Source: an uncultured Bacteroidota bacterium
GTDB taxonomy: Bacteria > Bacteroidota > Ignavibacteria > UBA10030 > UBA6906
DNA: 64,000 nucleotides
Direction of reading: 5' to 3'
NCBI GenBank assembly: GCA_963700635.1
Contig: CAVOYH010000003.1
Coordinates: 1,184,001 to 1,248,000 of the forward strand
The position numbers and the translations under genes are program-made. The notes below the pieces were generated by a model that ran no database searches, was not told the origin of the DNA, and saw nothing but the letters and a program-made list of their open reading frames with translations. This document shows, one piece after another, positions 47,691-57,496 of the stretch (the first letter of the stretch is position 1; each line of letters opens with the position of its first letter).

Positions 47691-48668
47691 ATGCATGCGA
47701 TTATACCGGTTGCGGGCATCGGCACGCGCCTCCGACCGCATACTTTTACGCACCCCAAAGTCCTGCTAAACGTTGCCGGGAAACCAATTCTCGCGCACAT
47801 ACTGGACAAGCTGATCGGAGAGGGTGTGACATCGGCGACCATCGTTGTTGGTCACATGAGCGAGAGGATCATCGAATACGTGCAGGCCTCTTATCCGGGA
47901 CTGCCGGTTGACTTTGTGGAACAGGACATGCCGCTTGGTCTCGGCCATGCGATCTACACAGCACGCGGAGCATTAAAGGACAAACCTGTACTCATCATCC
48001 TGGGCGACACGATTTTTGAGGTGGATCTCCGGCCGGTATTAAAGAAGCCCGTCACGGCTCTCGGCGTGAAAACCGTTGAGGATCCGCGCCGGTTCGGGGT
48101 TGCGGAGATGGTTGACGGCACCATCACCCGCCTGATTGAAAAACCCGAACGTCCCACAAGTAACCTGGCCGTGGTCGGGTTGTATCATATCCACAATACC
48201 CCGCTGCTGCGCTCCTGTCTGGAGGAGGTCGTCTCCCGAGATATCCGGACGAAGGGGGAATACCAGCTGACGGATGTTCTGCAGATGATGATTGATCGCG
48301 GCGAGCGGATGGAGACATTTCCCGTTGAGGGGTGGTATGATTGCGGAAAACCTGAGACATTGCTCTCCACGAATCAGGCGTTGCTGGAGAAGCAGTCCAC
48401 CTTCCGCCCCATGGAAAGTGTGGTCATTGCCGAGCCGGTGTTCATCGCGCCCACCGCCGTTCTCTGTAATTGTGTGATCGGCCCGAATACTACCGTTGGG
48501 GACGGCGCGGAAATCAGTGAGGCCGTCATCCGGAACTCCATCATCGGATCCCAGTCCCGCGTAAGCCGTGTGCTTCTGGAGAATTCCATCATCGGCAACG
48601 GGGCTCTGGTCAGAGGGAGTTTTAAGCGGTTTAATGTCGGTGATGCATCAGAACTTGAATTTGAATAA
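47691..48668 (+). CDS. Sugar-phosphate nucleotidyltransferase (long-form RmlA-like, with left-handed beta-helix tail)
   Basis: AGIGTRLRPHT, PK.L..VAGKP, LGDT, EKP, GEYQLTD, WYDCG; hexapeptide C-terminus. Confidence 0.9.
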   Translation: MHAIIPVAGIGTRLRPHTFTHPKVLLNVAGKPILAHILDKLIGEGVTSATIVVGHMSERIIEYVQASYPGLPVDFVEQDMPLGLGHAIYTARGALKDKPVLIILGDTIFEVDLRPVLKKPVTALGVKTVEDPRRFGVAEMVDGTITRLIEKPERPTSNLAVVGLYHIHNTPLLRSCLEEVVSRDIRTKGEYQLTDVLQMMIDRGERMETFPVEGWYDCGKPETLLSTNQALLEKQSTFRPMESVVIAEPVFIAPTAVLCNCVIGPNTTVGDGAEISEAVIRNSIIGSQSRVSRVLLENSIIGNGALVRGSFKRFNVGDASELEFE

Positions 48669-48705
48669 CACAATCATCACGATCCGTTCACAATTGAGGT
48701 AAGTC

Positions 48706-49848
48706 ATGTCTTATCTGTTCACGTCCGAGTCCGTCTCCGAGGGGCACCCTGACAAGGTGTGCGACCAGATATCCGATGCAGTGCTGGACGCAATCCTGGA
48801 TCAAGACAAACGTTCTCGTGTAGCCTGCGAGAGTTTTGTGACGACAGGACTGGCCTTCGTCGGCGGCGAAATTACGACCGATGCCTATATTGAAGTACAG
48901 GACGTGGTCCGCAAGGTGATCCGGGAGATCGGGTATACAAAGGCGGACTATCGCTTCGATGCGGAATCGTGCTCCGTTATCTCGAGCATTCACTCGCAAT
49001 CGGCGGATATTGCCCGGGGTGTGGACACCGGCGGTGCGGGCGATCAGGGTATGATGTTCGGGTACGCTTCGAACGAGACCCCCGAATACATGCCGATGCC
49101 GATCATGTACGCACACAAACTCGTGAAGCGGTTGTCCGACATCCGGAAGAAGGAACTAAAACTGATGCCGTATCTGCGTCCGGATGCCAAGTCGCAGGTT
49201 ACGGTGGAATATCATGGCCGGAAGCCGGTACGTGTGCACACCATCGTGATTTCCACACAGCATGACCCGGGTGTTACCCAGAAGCAGATCCGCGAAGATG
49301 TTATTAAGCACGTAATCCGGAAGGTGCTTCCGGCGGAGATGGTGGACAGGAGCACGGTGATTCATGTCAATCCGACCGGTCGTTTTGAAATCGGCGGACC
49401 GCACGGCGACACGGGTCTCACCGGCAGAAAGATCATTGTGGATACATACGGTGGCCGGGCGCCTCACGGTGGGGGTGCCTTTTCCGGAAAAGACCCCTCA
49501 AAAGTTGACCGGAGCGCGGCGTACGCCACGCGGCACCTTGCCAAGAACCTCGTGGCGTCAGGTCTGGCGGATGAATGTCTGATCCAGGTCGCCTATGCGA
49601 TCGGCGTCGCAGACCCGGTTTCCATTCATGTGAATACATACGGTACGGGCAGGATTCCGGACATGGAGCTTGAAAAAGTTATCATCAAGGAAGTTGACAT
49701 GACGCCGCGCGGCATCATTAAACGCCTTAATCTCCTGCGTCCGATCTACAGAAAGACCGCGGCGTACGGACATTTCGGAAGAAACGAGAAGGATTTCACC
49801 TGGGAGAAACTGGACCTGGTGAATACCATACTCAAGGCGATCAAATAA
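48706..49848 (+). CDS. metK: S-adenosylmethionine synthetase
   Basis: [49 protein letters not shown]. Confidence 0.98.
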   Translation: MSYLFTSESVSEGHPDKVCDQISDAVLDAILDQDKRSRVACESFVTTGLAFVGGEITTDAYIEVQDVVRKVIREIGYTKADYRFDAESCSVISSIHSQSADIARGVDTGGAGDQGMMFGYASNETPEYMPMPIMYAHKLVKRLSDIRKKELKLMPYLRPDAKSQVTVEYHGRKPVRVHTIVISTQHDPGVTQKQIREDVIKHVIRKVLPAEMVDRSTVIHVNPTGRFEIGGPHGDTGLTGRKIIVDTYGGRAPHGGGAFSGKDPSKVDRSAAYATRHLAKNLVASGLADECLIQVAYAIGVADPVSIHVNTYGTGRIPDMELEKVIIKEVDMTPRGIIKRLNLLRPIYRKTAAYGHFGRNEKDFTWEKLDLVNTILKAIK

Positions 49849-49894
49849 CGGGAATATCCCGGAACACATTGTTCACAAGAAGGTACAGGATCAC

Positions 49895-51175
49895 ATGGAT
49901 CAGAAAGTTGGCAAATTCAAAGTACGCGATCTGAAAATGGCAAAAGAAGGATCCCGGCTCGTCGAGTGGGCCGAGTCCCGCATGCCCGTCCTCATGGCGC
50001 TTAAGGAAAAGTACAAAAAAACAAAACCCTTCAAGGGCTACCGGATTGCCGGATGTCTGCATGTCACAAAAGAAACTGCGGTTCTGGTGGACACGTTCGT
50101 TGCCGCAGGTGCAGAAGTCAGCTGGAGCGGCTGCAATCCTCTCTCCACGAATGACGCAGTGGCTGCCGCCCTGGCTGCCAGGGGAGTTTCGATATTCGCC
50201 TGGCACGGGATGAACGTCAAGGAGTTCTACTGGTGTATCGATCAAACACTCAAGTTCCATCCCAACCTTACGCTGGATGACGGTGCGGACCTGATCTTCA
50301 CGATCCACAAAGACCATCCCGAATTCGCACAGAAGTATGTCATCGGCGGGACGGAAGAAACCACCACCGGCGTGCACCGGCTCCGCGCGATGGCTGCGGA
50401 TGGTGCGTTGCGATATCCGGTCATTGCTGTGAACGATGCCGAGACAAAATGGGATTTTGACAATGTGTACGGAACGGGCCAGTCGACGCTCGACGGCATC
50501 TTGCGCGCAACGAGCGTCCTGTTCGCGGGGAAGAACGTCGTCGTGGCCGGGTACGGTCATTGCGGACGCGGTGTTGCGCTACGCGCAAAGGGACTCGGTG
50601 CCAATGTGATCGTCACTGAGGTGAAACCTACCGCGGCGCTGAAAGCGACGCTGGAAGGGTACCGGGTGATGAAGATGGATGATGCAGCAAAGATCGGCGA
50701 CATTTTTGTGACCGCTACGGGCGTCAAAGATGTGATTGTCAAGCGGCACTTCCAGTCCATGAAAGACGGTGCGATCGTCTCTAATACGGGCCATTATGAT
50801 TGCGAAATAAACATCCCCGATCTGGCTGCCGTGACCAGGGGAAAGCGGGAGATCCGGGAGAACAATGAAGAGTACGTGACCAGAAACGGCCGGAGGATTT
50901 ATCTTCTTGCGCAGGGGCGGCTGGTGAACCTCGCGGCGGCGGAGGGTCATCCATCGGAAGTCATGGACATGTCGTTTGCGAATCAGTTTATGTCGCAACT
51001 CCGGTTGGCCGAGCTTCATAAGAAGGGTGTGCGCCTGGAGAATACGGTGCACGATATCCCCGAGGAGCAGGACCAGGAAATTGCCCGCGTAAAGCTCGGG
51101 ACGAATGGCATCAAGATTGACAAACTGACTCCTGCGCAAATCAAGTATAACGAAGATTACAGTGCGGGGACCTGA
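49895..51175 (+). CDS. ahcY: S-adenosylhomocysteine hydrolase
   Basis: CLHVTKET, CNPLST, EETTTG, FDNVYG, GYGHCGRG, GRLVNL, GHPSEVMDMSF. Confidence 0.98.
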   Translation: MDQKVGKFKVRDLKMAKEGSRLVEWAESRMPVLMALKEKYKKTKPFKGYRIAGCLHVTKETAVLVDTFVAAGAEVSWSGCNPLSTNDAVAAALAARGVSIFAWHGMNVKEFYWCIDQTLKFHPNLTLDDGADLIFTIHKDHPEFAQKYVIGGTEETTTGVHRLRAMAADGALRYPVIAVNDAETKWDFDNVYGTGQSTLDGILRATSVLFAGKNVVVAGYGHCGRGVALRAKGLGANVIVTEVKPTAALKATLEGYRVMKMDDAAKIGDIFVTATGVKDVIVKRHFQSMKDGAIVSNTGHYDCEINIPDLAAVTRGKREIRENNEEYVTRNGRRIYLLAQGRLVNLAAAEGHPSEVMDMSFANQFMSQLRLAELHKKGVRLENTVHDIPEEQDQEIARVKLGTNGIKIDKLTPAQIKYNEDYSAGT

Positions 51176-51202
51176 TCTTCGTATGAAGCGAAGGTAAGAC
51201 AC

Positions 51203-51238
51203 AACGGCGGGTTGCACATGCAATCCGCCGTTTGTTTT
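51203..51238 (+). terminator. Intrinsic terminator after ahcY
   Basis: AACGGCGGGTTGCA/TGCAATCCGCCGTT stem followed by TGTTTT. Confidence 0.8.
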
Positions 51239-51265
51239 GGTGCTCCGGTGGTGCCCCCCCCTGCC

Positions 51266-51294
51266 TTGAACCTCACTCCATTTCTTGGTATTAT
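51266..51294 (+). promoter_or_regulatory. sigma70-type promoter of the kinase/regulator pair (probably leaderless)
   Basis: TTGAAC-N17-TATTAT with TGn extension; ATG only 6 nt after the -10 box. Confidence 0.55.
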
Positions 51295-51300
51295 GAACCG

Positions 51301-52737
51301 ATGAAGGCTCTTTCCACGTCTGCGGCTGACTCTCTCCGCGGTCTTCTGGATATCGTTCCCGACATGTGTTTTGTGCTTTCTGCGGACCTGAAGATCCTGG
51401 ACTGCAACCGGCGGGCACGGGCAATGACCGGTCTCCCTGCCCAGCTCGATGGCTCCATTCCTTTTGCCTCTGTGCTCACCTCCGAATCTTCGCGTCCGCC
51501 TTTTGATTCCCTCGATGAAACCACTCGTTCGTGCGAAACCGAAGTCCGCTTCCGGCTGGACGGACGCAGAGACCTGGATGTCCTTGTCTATGTGAACTGC
51601 ATACAGGTGGACGGGGAACGGCAGTACGTGATTTTCGGGAGGGACATCTCGGGTTCAAAACAGCGGGAGCTGGATCTGCTCCGCTTTGCCAATGTGGTCC
51701 ACTATACGGTCAACCCTATCCAGATCACCGATGCACAGGGACGGATGATCTATGTGAATCCCGCCTTTGAACGTACGACCGGGTTCACCAAGGAAGAACT
51801 TATCGGCCGGAACCCCAGCATCATCTCGAGCAAGAAATATGGCAAAGAATTCTGGGAGAAAGTATGGACGAGGATCAGCGCCGGGAAGGTCTGGAACGGC
51901 GAGATTGAAAACCGGCGGAAGGATGGTCAACCGCTCTACACACAGCTGCTGATCTCCCCCATTATGGATGCGGATGGGAATGTGGTAGGTTTTCTCGGTT
52001 CACATCGGGACGTAACCGAGCAGCGCGCACTCGAACAACAGCTCATGCATTCACAGAAAATGGAGAGTATCGGTACCCTGGCGGCAGGGATCGCTCATGA
52101 AGTGGGCAATCCGCTGGCCTCGATTTCCTCAATTGTACAGGTCTTGCAGCGCACCATGAGCGACGAGCTTGCGCGGGACAAACTGGCTCTGGTGCAATCC
52201 CAGGTGCATCGGATCACAAAAATCATCCGTGACCTTGTAGATTTTTCGCGTCCATCCAACTACCAGATTCAGCCCACCGACCTCGTAAAAGTTCTGACTA
52301 ATTCGGTCGAGATTGTGAAGATGGGCAAGAAAGCGAAGGAGGTCACGTTCTATACGCATGTACGCCACCAGGTACCAATCCTCTCTCTCGTGCCGGATCA
52401 GGTCGCCCAGGTCTTCATCAATATTCTTCTGAACGCCGTGGACGCGCTGCAGGGTAAGCGGGGGACCATCACGACGGATTTTGAACGTGATGAGGATGTG
52501 GTGCGGGTGACCATTGCTGATGACGGCGCCGGCATTGCGCCCGAACACCTTTCGAAAATCTTTGAACCGTTCTTTACGACAAAACGTGTGGGTGAAGGAA
52601 CCGGACTCGGGCTCTGGGTCAGCTATGGCATTATCCGGAGCTTCCGCGGTGATATCACGGTCCGCAGTGAACGGGGAGAAGGAACGTCATTCTGTGTCAC
52701 ATTGCCGTTACAACCAAAGGACTATATGCATGGCTGA
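51301..52737 (+). CDS. Cytoplasmic PAS-PAS histidine kinase
   Basis: PAS (YVNPAFERTTGF, NRRKDG), H-box IAHEVGNPL, N-box NILLNA, DDGAGI, FEPFFTTK, GTGLGL. No TM segment. Confidence 0.93.
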   Translation: MKALSTSAADSLRGLLDIVPDMCFVLSADLKILDCNRRARAMTGLPAQLDGSIPFASVLTSESSRPPFDSLDETTRSCETEVRFRLDGRRDLDVLVYVNCIQVDGERQYVIFGRDISGSKQRELDLLRFANVVHYTVNPIQITDAQGRMIYVNPAFERTTGFTKEELIGRNPSIISSKKYGKEFWEKVWTRISAGKVWNGEIENRRKDGQPLYTQLLISPIMDADGNVVGFLGSHRDVTEQRALEQQLMHSQKMESIGTLAAGIAHEVGNPLASISSIVQVLQRTMSDELARDKLALVQSQVHRITKIIRDLVDFSRPSNYQIQPTDLVKVLTNSVEIVKMGKKAKEVTFYTHVRHQVPILSLVPDQVAQVFINILLNAVDALQGKRGTITTDFERDEDVVRVTIADDGAGIAPEHLSKIFEPFFTTKRVGEGTGLGLWVSYGIIRSFRGDITVRSERGEGTSFCVTLPLQPKDYMHG

Positions 52738-54094
52738 GTCGATCCTGATTGTTGACGACGAAGAGATCATTCGTGAGTCTCTTTCCTTTGTGCTTACCAA
52801 GGAGGGATACCGTGTCGTGGATGCGGCGAACGGCAGGATCGCACTGGACATGATCCGGGAGACCTCGTTTGATCTGGTCATCACCGATCTCGAGATGCCG
52901 GAGATGAAAGGGATCGAGCTTCTGGAACACGTTACGCAGTTAAGCCCGGAGACGTTTGTCGTTATCATCACTGCCTATGGATCCATTGATACAGCGATTG
53001 CCGCCCTGCGTAAGGGTGCCGTGGACTATGTACTCAAACCGGTGGAGTTTGACGAGCTGCTCGTAAAGATCTCCCGGTTGCTGCAGACCCGCCGGATCAG
53101 CCTGGAAAACAAGTTGCTGCGGGGGGAACTCCATCGTCAATACACGTTTGATCAGATCATCGGACAGAGTCCCGCGATGCAGCGCGTGTTCGATACCATC
53201 CGTAAAGTGGCCGTCACCGACGGCACTGTGCTCATCAGCGGGAAAAGCGGGACCGGCAAGGAATTGGTTGCACGCGCAATCCACTTTAACAGCAAGCGAT
53301 CCGCGGGGCCGTTTGTTGCGGTCAACTGCGGTGCCATCGTGGAAAATCTCTTTGAAAGTGAACTCTTCGGCCATAAGCGGGGCGCGTTTACCGGGGCAGC
53401 GATGGACAAGGAGGGATTCTTCAAGGCAGCCGACGGGGGAACGTTGTTCCTGGATGAAATAAGCGAAATCCCCATGCACCTGCAGGTAAAACTCCTGCGC
53501 GCAATCGAACTCAAGGAGGTCACTGCGGTAGGCACCTCCATGCCGGTGCCGATGGATGTTCGGATCATCTCTTCAACGAACAAAAATCTGGCGAAGGAAG
53601 TCGAGGAGGGACGTTACCGGGAAGATCTCTTCTATCGTCTTAATATCGTAGAAATACCTCTCCCCTCGCTGACGGAACGCGTCGATGACATTCCCCTTCT
53701 GGTTCAACATTTTGTCGCCAGATACGCCAAGGAGATGAGCAAGGATGTGCGAGGGGTGGACAATGAAGTGATGAAATGTCTGGTGGGACACTCCTGGAAG
53801 GGGGAAATCCGGGAACTCGAGAACATTATCGAGCGCGCGGTGATTTTTGCCGAAGGGAATATTGTGACCAAAAAGGAATTGCCCGCGTTTTTTGATCAAC
53901 GAACTGATGCGGTGTACTCGTTCGACGCCCGGCGTTCAATGAAGGAGGCGGTGGACGACTTCGAACGGCAGTATATTGCACATGTGCTCCGGACAAACCA
54001 GTTCAACAAGGAAGTCGCCGCAAAAGCCTTGAAGATCAGCCTTTCTTCTCTCTACCGGAAGATCGAGGAGTTAAATATCCCTTCGCAGGGTTAG
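52730..54094 (+). CDS. NtrC-family sigma54-dependent response regulator
   Basis: Receiver (IVDDE, ITDLEMP), GKSGTGKE, intact GAFTGA, FLDEI, HTH. Overlaps the kinase end. Confidence 0.94.
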   Translation: MAESILIVDDEEIIRESLSFVLTKEGYRVVDAANGRIALDMIRETSFDLVITDLEMPEMKGIELLEHVTQLSPETFVVIITAYGSIDTAIAALRKGAVDYVLKPVEFDELLVKISRLLQTRRISLENKLLRGELHRQYTFDQIIGQSPAMQRVFDTIRKVAVTDGTVLISGKSGTGKELVARAIHFNSKRSAGPFVAVNCGAIVENLFESELFGHKRGAFTGAAMDKEGFFKAADGGTLFLDEISEIPMHLQVKLLRAIELKEVTAVGTSMPVPMDVRIISSTNKNLAKEVEEGRYREDLFYRLNIVEIPLPSLTERVDDIPLLVQHFVARYAKEMSKDVRGVDNEVMKCLVGHSWKGEIRELENIIERAVIFAEGNIVTKKELPAFFDQRTDAVYSFDARRSMKEAVDDFERQYIAHVLRTNQFNKEVAAKALKISLSSLYRKIEELNIPSQG

Positions 54095-54207
54095 GAATTT
54101 CGCCCCCCCATTCCCACAATTCGGAATCAGCTGCCAACGGCCCACGCCTACATAGTCAAAATCGGGGTGTTTTCGGCAGCTTCTTTCCCTCCTCAGGCCT
54201 CGACTAT

Positions 54208-54223
54208 TGGCACAACTCTTGAA
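54208..54223 (+). promoter_or_regulatory. sigma54-type promoter upstream of the Usp gene
   Basis: TGGCAC-N5-TTGAA (-12 is GA instead of GC). Confidence 0.6.
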
Positions 54224-54252
54224 AAACCCCCATCAAACAACGGGGGTCATGG

Positions 54253-54717
54253 ATGATATTTCTCAAGAAGATACTCGTAACAACGGATCTGTCGCCGTTC
54301 TCTCTGGCAGCAATGGAGTACGCGACGTCGTTAGGAACACTCTACTCTTCGAGGATCTATCTCCTTTACGTGCCGGACGGGAAGGAGGGACAAGCACAAC
54401 CGAAGACCGAAGAGGAGGCCGGGAAGGCCCTGGAGGAATTTGTCCGCACGAACGTGTCAAGTGACACGCGGCTTGTCCAGGTAGTGCGAAAGGGTGTCCC
54501 CGTGGAGGAAATCAATCGCTTCTCCCAGGAGGAGGGCATTGACCTCATCATCATAGCATCACACGGACGAACGGGCTTGCGCCACATGGTAATGGGAAGC
54601 GTGGCAGAACGAATCGTCCGGCTTTGCACTGTGCCGGTGTTGACCATTAAACCCCAACCCTTCCGGGAGACGATTCTCCGGAGGGAGGACATCGAAAAGG
54701 AACTGCACCTGCGGTAA
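54253..54717 (+). CDS. Universal stress protein (UspA family)
   Basis: KKILVTTDLS, DLIIIASHGRTG, MGSVAERIVR..PVLTIK. Confidence 0.92.
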   Translation: MIFLKKILVTTDLSPFSLAAMEYATSLGTLYSSRIYLLYVPDGKEGQAQPKTEEEAGKALEEFVRTNVSSDTRLVQVVRKGVPVEEINRFSQEEGIDLIIIASHGRTGLRHMVMGSVAERIVRLCTVPVLTIKPQPFRETILRREDIEKELHLR

Positions 54718-54744
54718 GCAGGTCATGGATGTAAATACAGAAAC

Positions 54745-55170
54745 ATGCAACAAGACACCAAACATAAAAATACGGAAACCACTTCTGAAGTGGAAGGCGG
54801 AGACGGGAAAAAGACGATACTGCTCTACAGTCCCGACCTGAACTTCTGTTTTAGCCTGTCAATGCTTTTCCAGGATCGTTATAATGTAATCACGACAACA
54901 AATCTTGGTATGCTGGACAAGCTGGTTGCTGACTATTCAGCAGACCTCGTGCTGGTTGATGCAGTTCCTTCCGAGAAACTCATCGAACGGCTGGGAGCAC
55001 TGCGCGGCTTGAACAATGCCCTCCCGATCATCCTCCTCTATGTGTACAATGCCAGGGATGTGGACCTGGATCGTACCATTCGTGAACATGTTGATTCAGT
55101 ATTTTACAAACCGTTAGAGATTCTCTCAATCTCCAAACGTGTTGAAGAACTGCTCTCCCGGACATCTTGA
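54745..55170 (+). CDS. Atypical stand-alone receiver-domain protein
   Basis: Receiver-like pattern ILLY...DLVLVD...LPIILL...FYKPL, but the first acidic pair is replaced by SPD. Confidence 0.65.
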   Translation: MQQDTKHKNTETTSEVEGGDGKKTILLYSPDLNFCFSLSMLFQDRYNVITTTNLGMLDKLVADYSADLVLVDAVPSEKLIERLGALRGLNNALPIILLYVYNARDVDLDRTIREHVDSVFYKPLEILSISKRVEELLSRTS

Positions 55171-55301
55171 ACACCCCCGCCAGAATGGCCTGTTGTTTCC
55201 CAACCCTGCAAATAAGGCGCGAAATTCTCGCATATTTAGGAATATTTTCAGAGCATGCTTGAGAATATGTGGCAAATTTCAACAATTTCGACGCCTGAAT
55301 C

Positions 55302-55317
55302 TGGCATGTTGATTGAC
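55302..55317 (+). promoter_or_regulatory. sigma54-type promoter of the cytochrome cluster
   Basis: TGGCAT-N5-TTGAC, the same -12 variant as at 54208. Confidence 0.6.
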
Positions 55318-55359
55318 CCTGAAGTCAGTTATCTAGCCCGAATCGGGAGAATAAGTCTT

Positions 55360-57492
55360 GTGAAACGGTTTCTCTTTATACTACTGGGAGTCTGGATATT
55401 TTCTACTCCCCGCCTCGCTGCGCAGTCCGATACGGAATGCCTCAGTTGTCACTCTGATGCATCGATCAGTATGGAACGTAAAGGGGTGACGGTTTCCCTC
55501 GCTGTGGACGGGAAGCAGTTCGCCTCTTCGGCACATGGAAAGCTGGGATGTGTGCAGTGCCATTCCGGATTCCGTCCTTTTGAACTCCCGCACGCGCGGA
55601 AAATCAAGGCGGTCGACTGTTCGCAGTGTCATCAGAGCGACCACCTCAACACCTATGCGCAGAGCGTTCACGGTGGGGCAGCGAAGGAGAAGGGTGCGGC
55701 TGCCTGCGTGGACTGCCATACAACACACGCGATTCGCAAAGTCTCAGACCTGGAGCCCCAGCAGCGGAAAGCGTTTGCGGAACGGATGTGTTCGAAATGC
55801 CATGGGAGCGTAAGTGTACGGTACGTGCAATCGGACCATGGGATCGCACTCGCAAACGGAGTAAAAGGTGCGCCGAGTTGTATTGATTGCCATGGTGAGC
55901 ACGGCGTACAATCCTCGGCAACGACAGAGTCAACCACGCACCGCGCGCATCAGGCGCAGATGTGCGAAAGTTGTCATCTTGACAACCCGGAAGTACGCGC
56001 CCGCGTGGGACCCTCGGCTGGGTTCATCCGCAGCTACGAGCAAAGTGTCCACGGGCAGGCAATCGCACACGGCAATGATGCTGCTGCCACCTGCACCGAT
56101 TGCCACACGAGCCATGATATGCGGAAGGGCTCGAATCCGGGGTCGACGGTGTCCAAGAAGAACATTGCGGCCACGTGCGCAGCCTGTCATGGCGATATCA
56201 AAGAGCAGTATGACGCGAGTATTCATGGCATAGCGCTTTCAAAGGGAATTGGCGCTTCGCCGACCTGCACCGACTGCCATGGCGAACATAACATCCTCTC
56301 GCCCAAAGACGCACGCTCCCCGGTTGCCGCCGGCAACGTCTCCGCACAAGTGTGTTCCCCCTGCCATGAATCCGTCCGACTGACGGAAAAATATGGTCTT
56401 GCCTCCGACCGGTTCCGGAGCTTCGAAGACAGTTTCCATGGTCTTGCCACGAGGGCGGGATCTGTGGAAGTGGCAAATTGCGCCAGCTGTCATGGCGTGC
56501 ACGATATCAAGCCGTCAACGGATTCCACTTCGCGGATTTTTCCCGCAAATCTTATACAGACATGCGGGGATTGCCATCCGGGTGCCAACGAAAATTTTAC
56601 CCGCGGCTCGGTGCACGTGATTGCGACGGAAAGCGGCGAGCAAATCCTGTACTTTGTATCCAACGGGTATCTGGCTCTGATTTTCGTCATCATCGGAGGC
56701 ATGCTCTTTCACAACATCCTGGACTTCCTGAGGAAATCCCGGAAGCAGCTTCAGTATCGCAGGGGTGATCTCCCCCGTAAACATGTTGCGCACCGGCTCT
56801 ACGTACGTATGACGCTGAACGAGCGAATACAACACGGCACACTGGTGGTCAGTTTTATCGCGCTCGTCGTCACCGGGTTTGCGCTCCGGTATCCGGACGC
56901 CTGGTGGGTCGCGCCGTTGCGCAGCCTGAGTCCCTTGATGTTTGAACTGCGCGGTATCCTCCATCGGGTTGCGGCGGTTGTGATGGTGGGGGCGAGTCTG
57001 TACCATGTGTACTATCTGTTCTTCGTGACGCGGGGAAAAGAACTCTTGAAGGATCTTCTCCCGCGCAGGCAGGACATTACCGATGCCGTCGCAGTGTTAC
57101 GCTACAATCTGGGGTTCTCACCGGAGAAACCCAGATTCGGCCGGTTCAGCTACATTGAAAAGAGCGAATACTGGGCGCTGGTATGGGGAACCATCGTCAT
57201 GGGAGTCACGGGAGTGATTCTCTGGTTCGACAACCTCTTTCTTGGCCTGCTGACCAAACTCTGGTGGGATGTTGCACGAACGGTGCATTATTACGAGGCA
57301 TGGCTTGCGACCCTCGCAATTATTGTCTGGCATTTCTATTTTGTTATTTTTAACCCGGATACCTACCCCATCAACCTGGCGTTCTGGAAAGGAACGCTGA
57401 CGGAAGAGGAGATGGAGGAAGAACATCCGTTGGAACTGGAGAAACTACAGGAGCAGCAGCGGCTTCTTCCGGCGGATGCAGAGAGTGTGTAA
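55360..57492 (+). CDS. 13-heme cytochrome c fused to FdnI/HydC-type cytochrome b (CbcL-like quinol oxidoreductase)
   Basis: Signal peptide from GTG 55360; 13 CxxCH counted; TM domain with RIQH, LHR, RFSYIEKSEYWA, VHYYEA, WHFY. Confidence 0.88.
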   Translation: MKRFLFILLGVWIFSTPRLAAQSDTECLSCHSDASISMERKGVTVSLAVDGKQFASSAHGKLGCVQCHSGFRPFELPHARKIKAVDCSQCHQSDHLNTYAQSVHGGAAKEKGAAACVDCHTTHAIRKVSDLEPQQRKAFAERMCSKCHGSVSVRYVQSDHGIALANGVKGAPSCIDCHGEHGVQSSATTESTTHRAHQAQMCESCHLDNPEVRARVGPSAGFIRSYEQSVHGQAIAHGNDAAATCTDCHTSHDMRKGSNPGSTVSKKNIAATCAACHGDIKEQYDASIHGIALSKGIGASPTCTDCHGEHNILSPKDARSPVAAGNVSAQVCSPCHESVRLTEKYGLASDRFRSFEDSFHGLATRAGSVEVANCASCHGVHDIKPSTDSTSRIFPANLIQTCGDCHPGANENFTRGSVHVIATESGEQILYFVSNGYLALIFVIIGGMLFHNILDFLRKSRKQLQYRRGDLPRKHVAHRLYVRMTLNERIQHGTLVVSFIALVVTGFALRYPDAWWVAPLRSLSPLMFELRGILHRVAAVVMVGASLYHVYYLFFVTRGKELLKDLLPRRQDITDAVAVLRYNLGFSPEKPRFGRFSYIEKSEYWALVWGTIVMGVTGVILWFDNLFLGLLTKLWWDVARTVHYYEAWLATLAIIVWHFYFVIFNPDTYPINLAFWKGTLTEEEMEEEHPLELEKLQEQQRLLPADAESV

Positions 57493-57496
57493 CCTC

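Noticed and set aside
46476-47753. fni ORF extended to 47753
   Set aside because: The extension crosses the divergent promoter region and overlaps the nucleotidyltransferase start.
48669-48705. Possible SAM/SAH riboswitch before metK or ahcY
   Set aside because: The intergenic gaps (37 and 46 nt) are too short and lack the consensus.
54720-55360. Locally AT-richer stretch as a horizontally acquired island boundary
   Set aside because: It is short and partly regulatory; there is no integrase, tRNA or flanking direct repeat, and the cytochrome genes look compositionally like the rest by eye.
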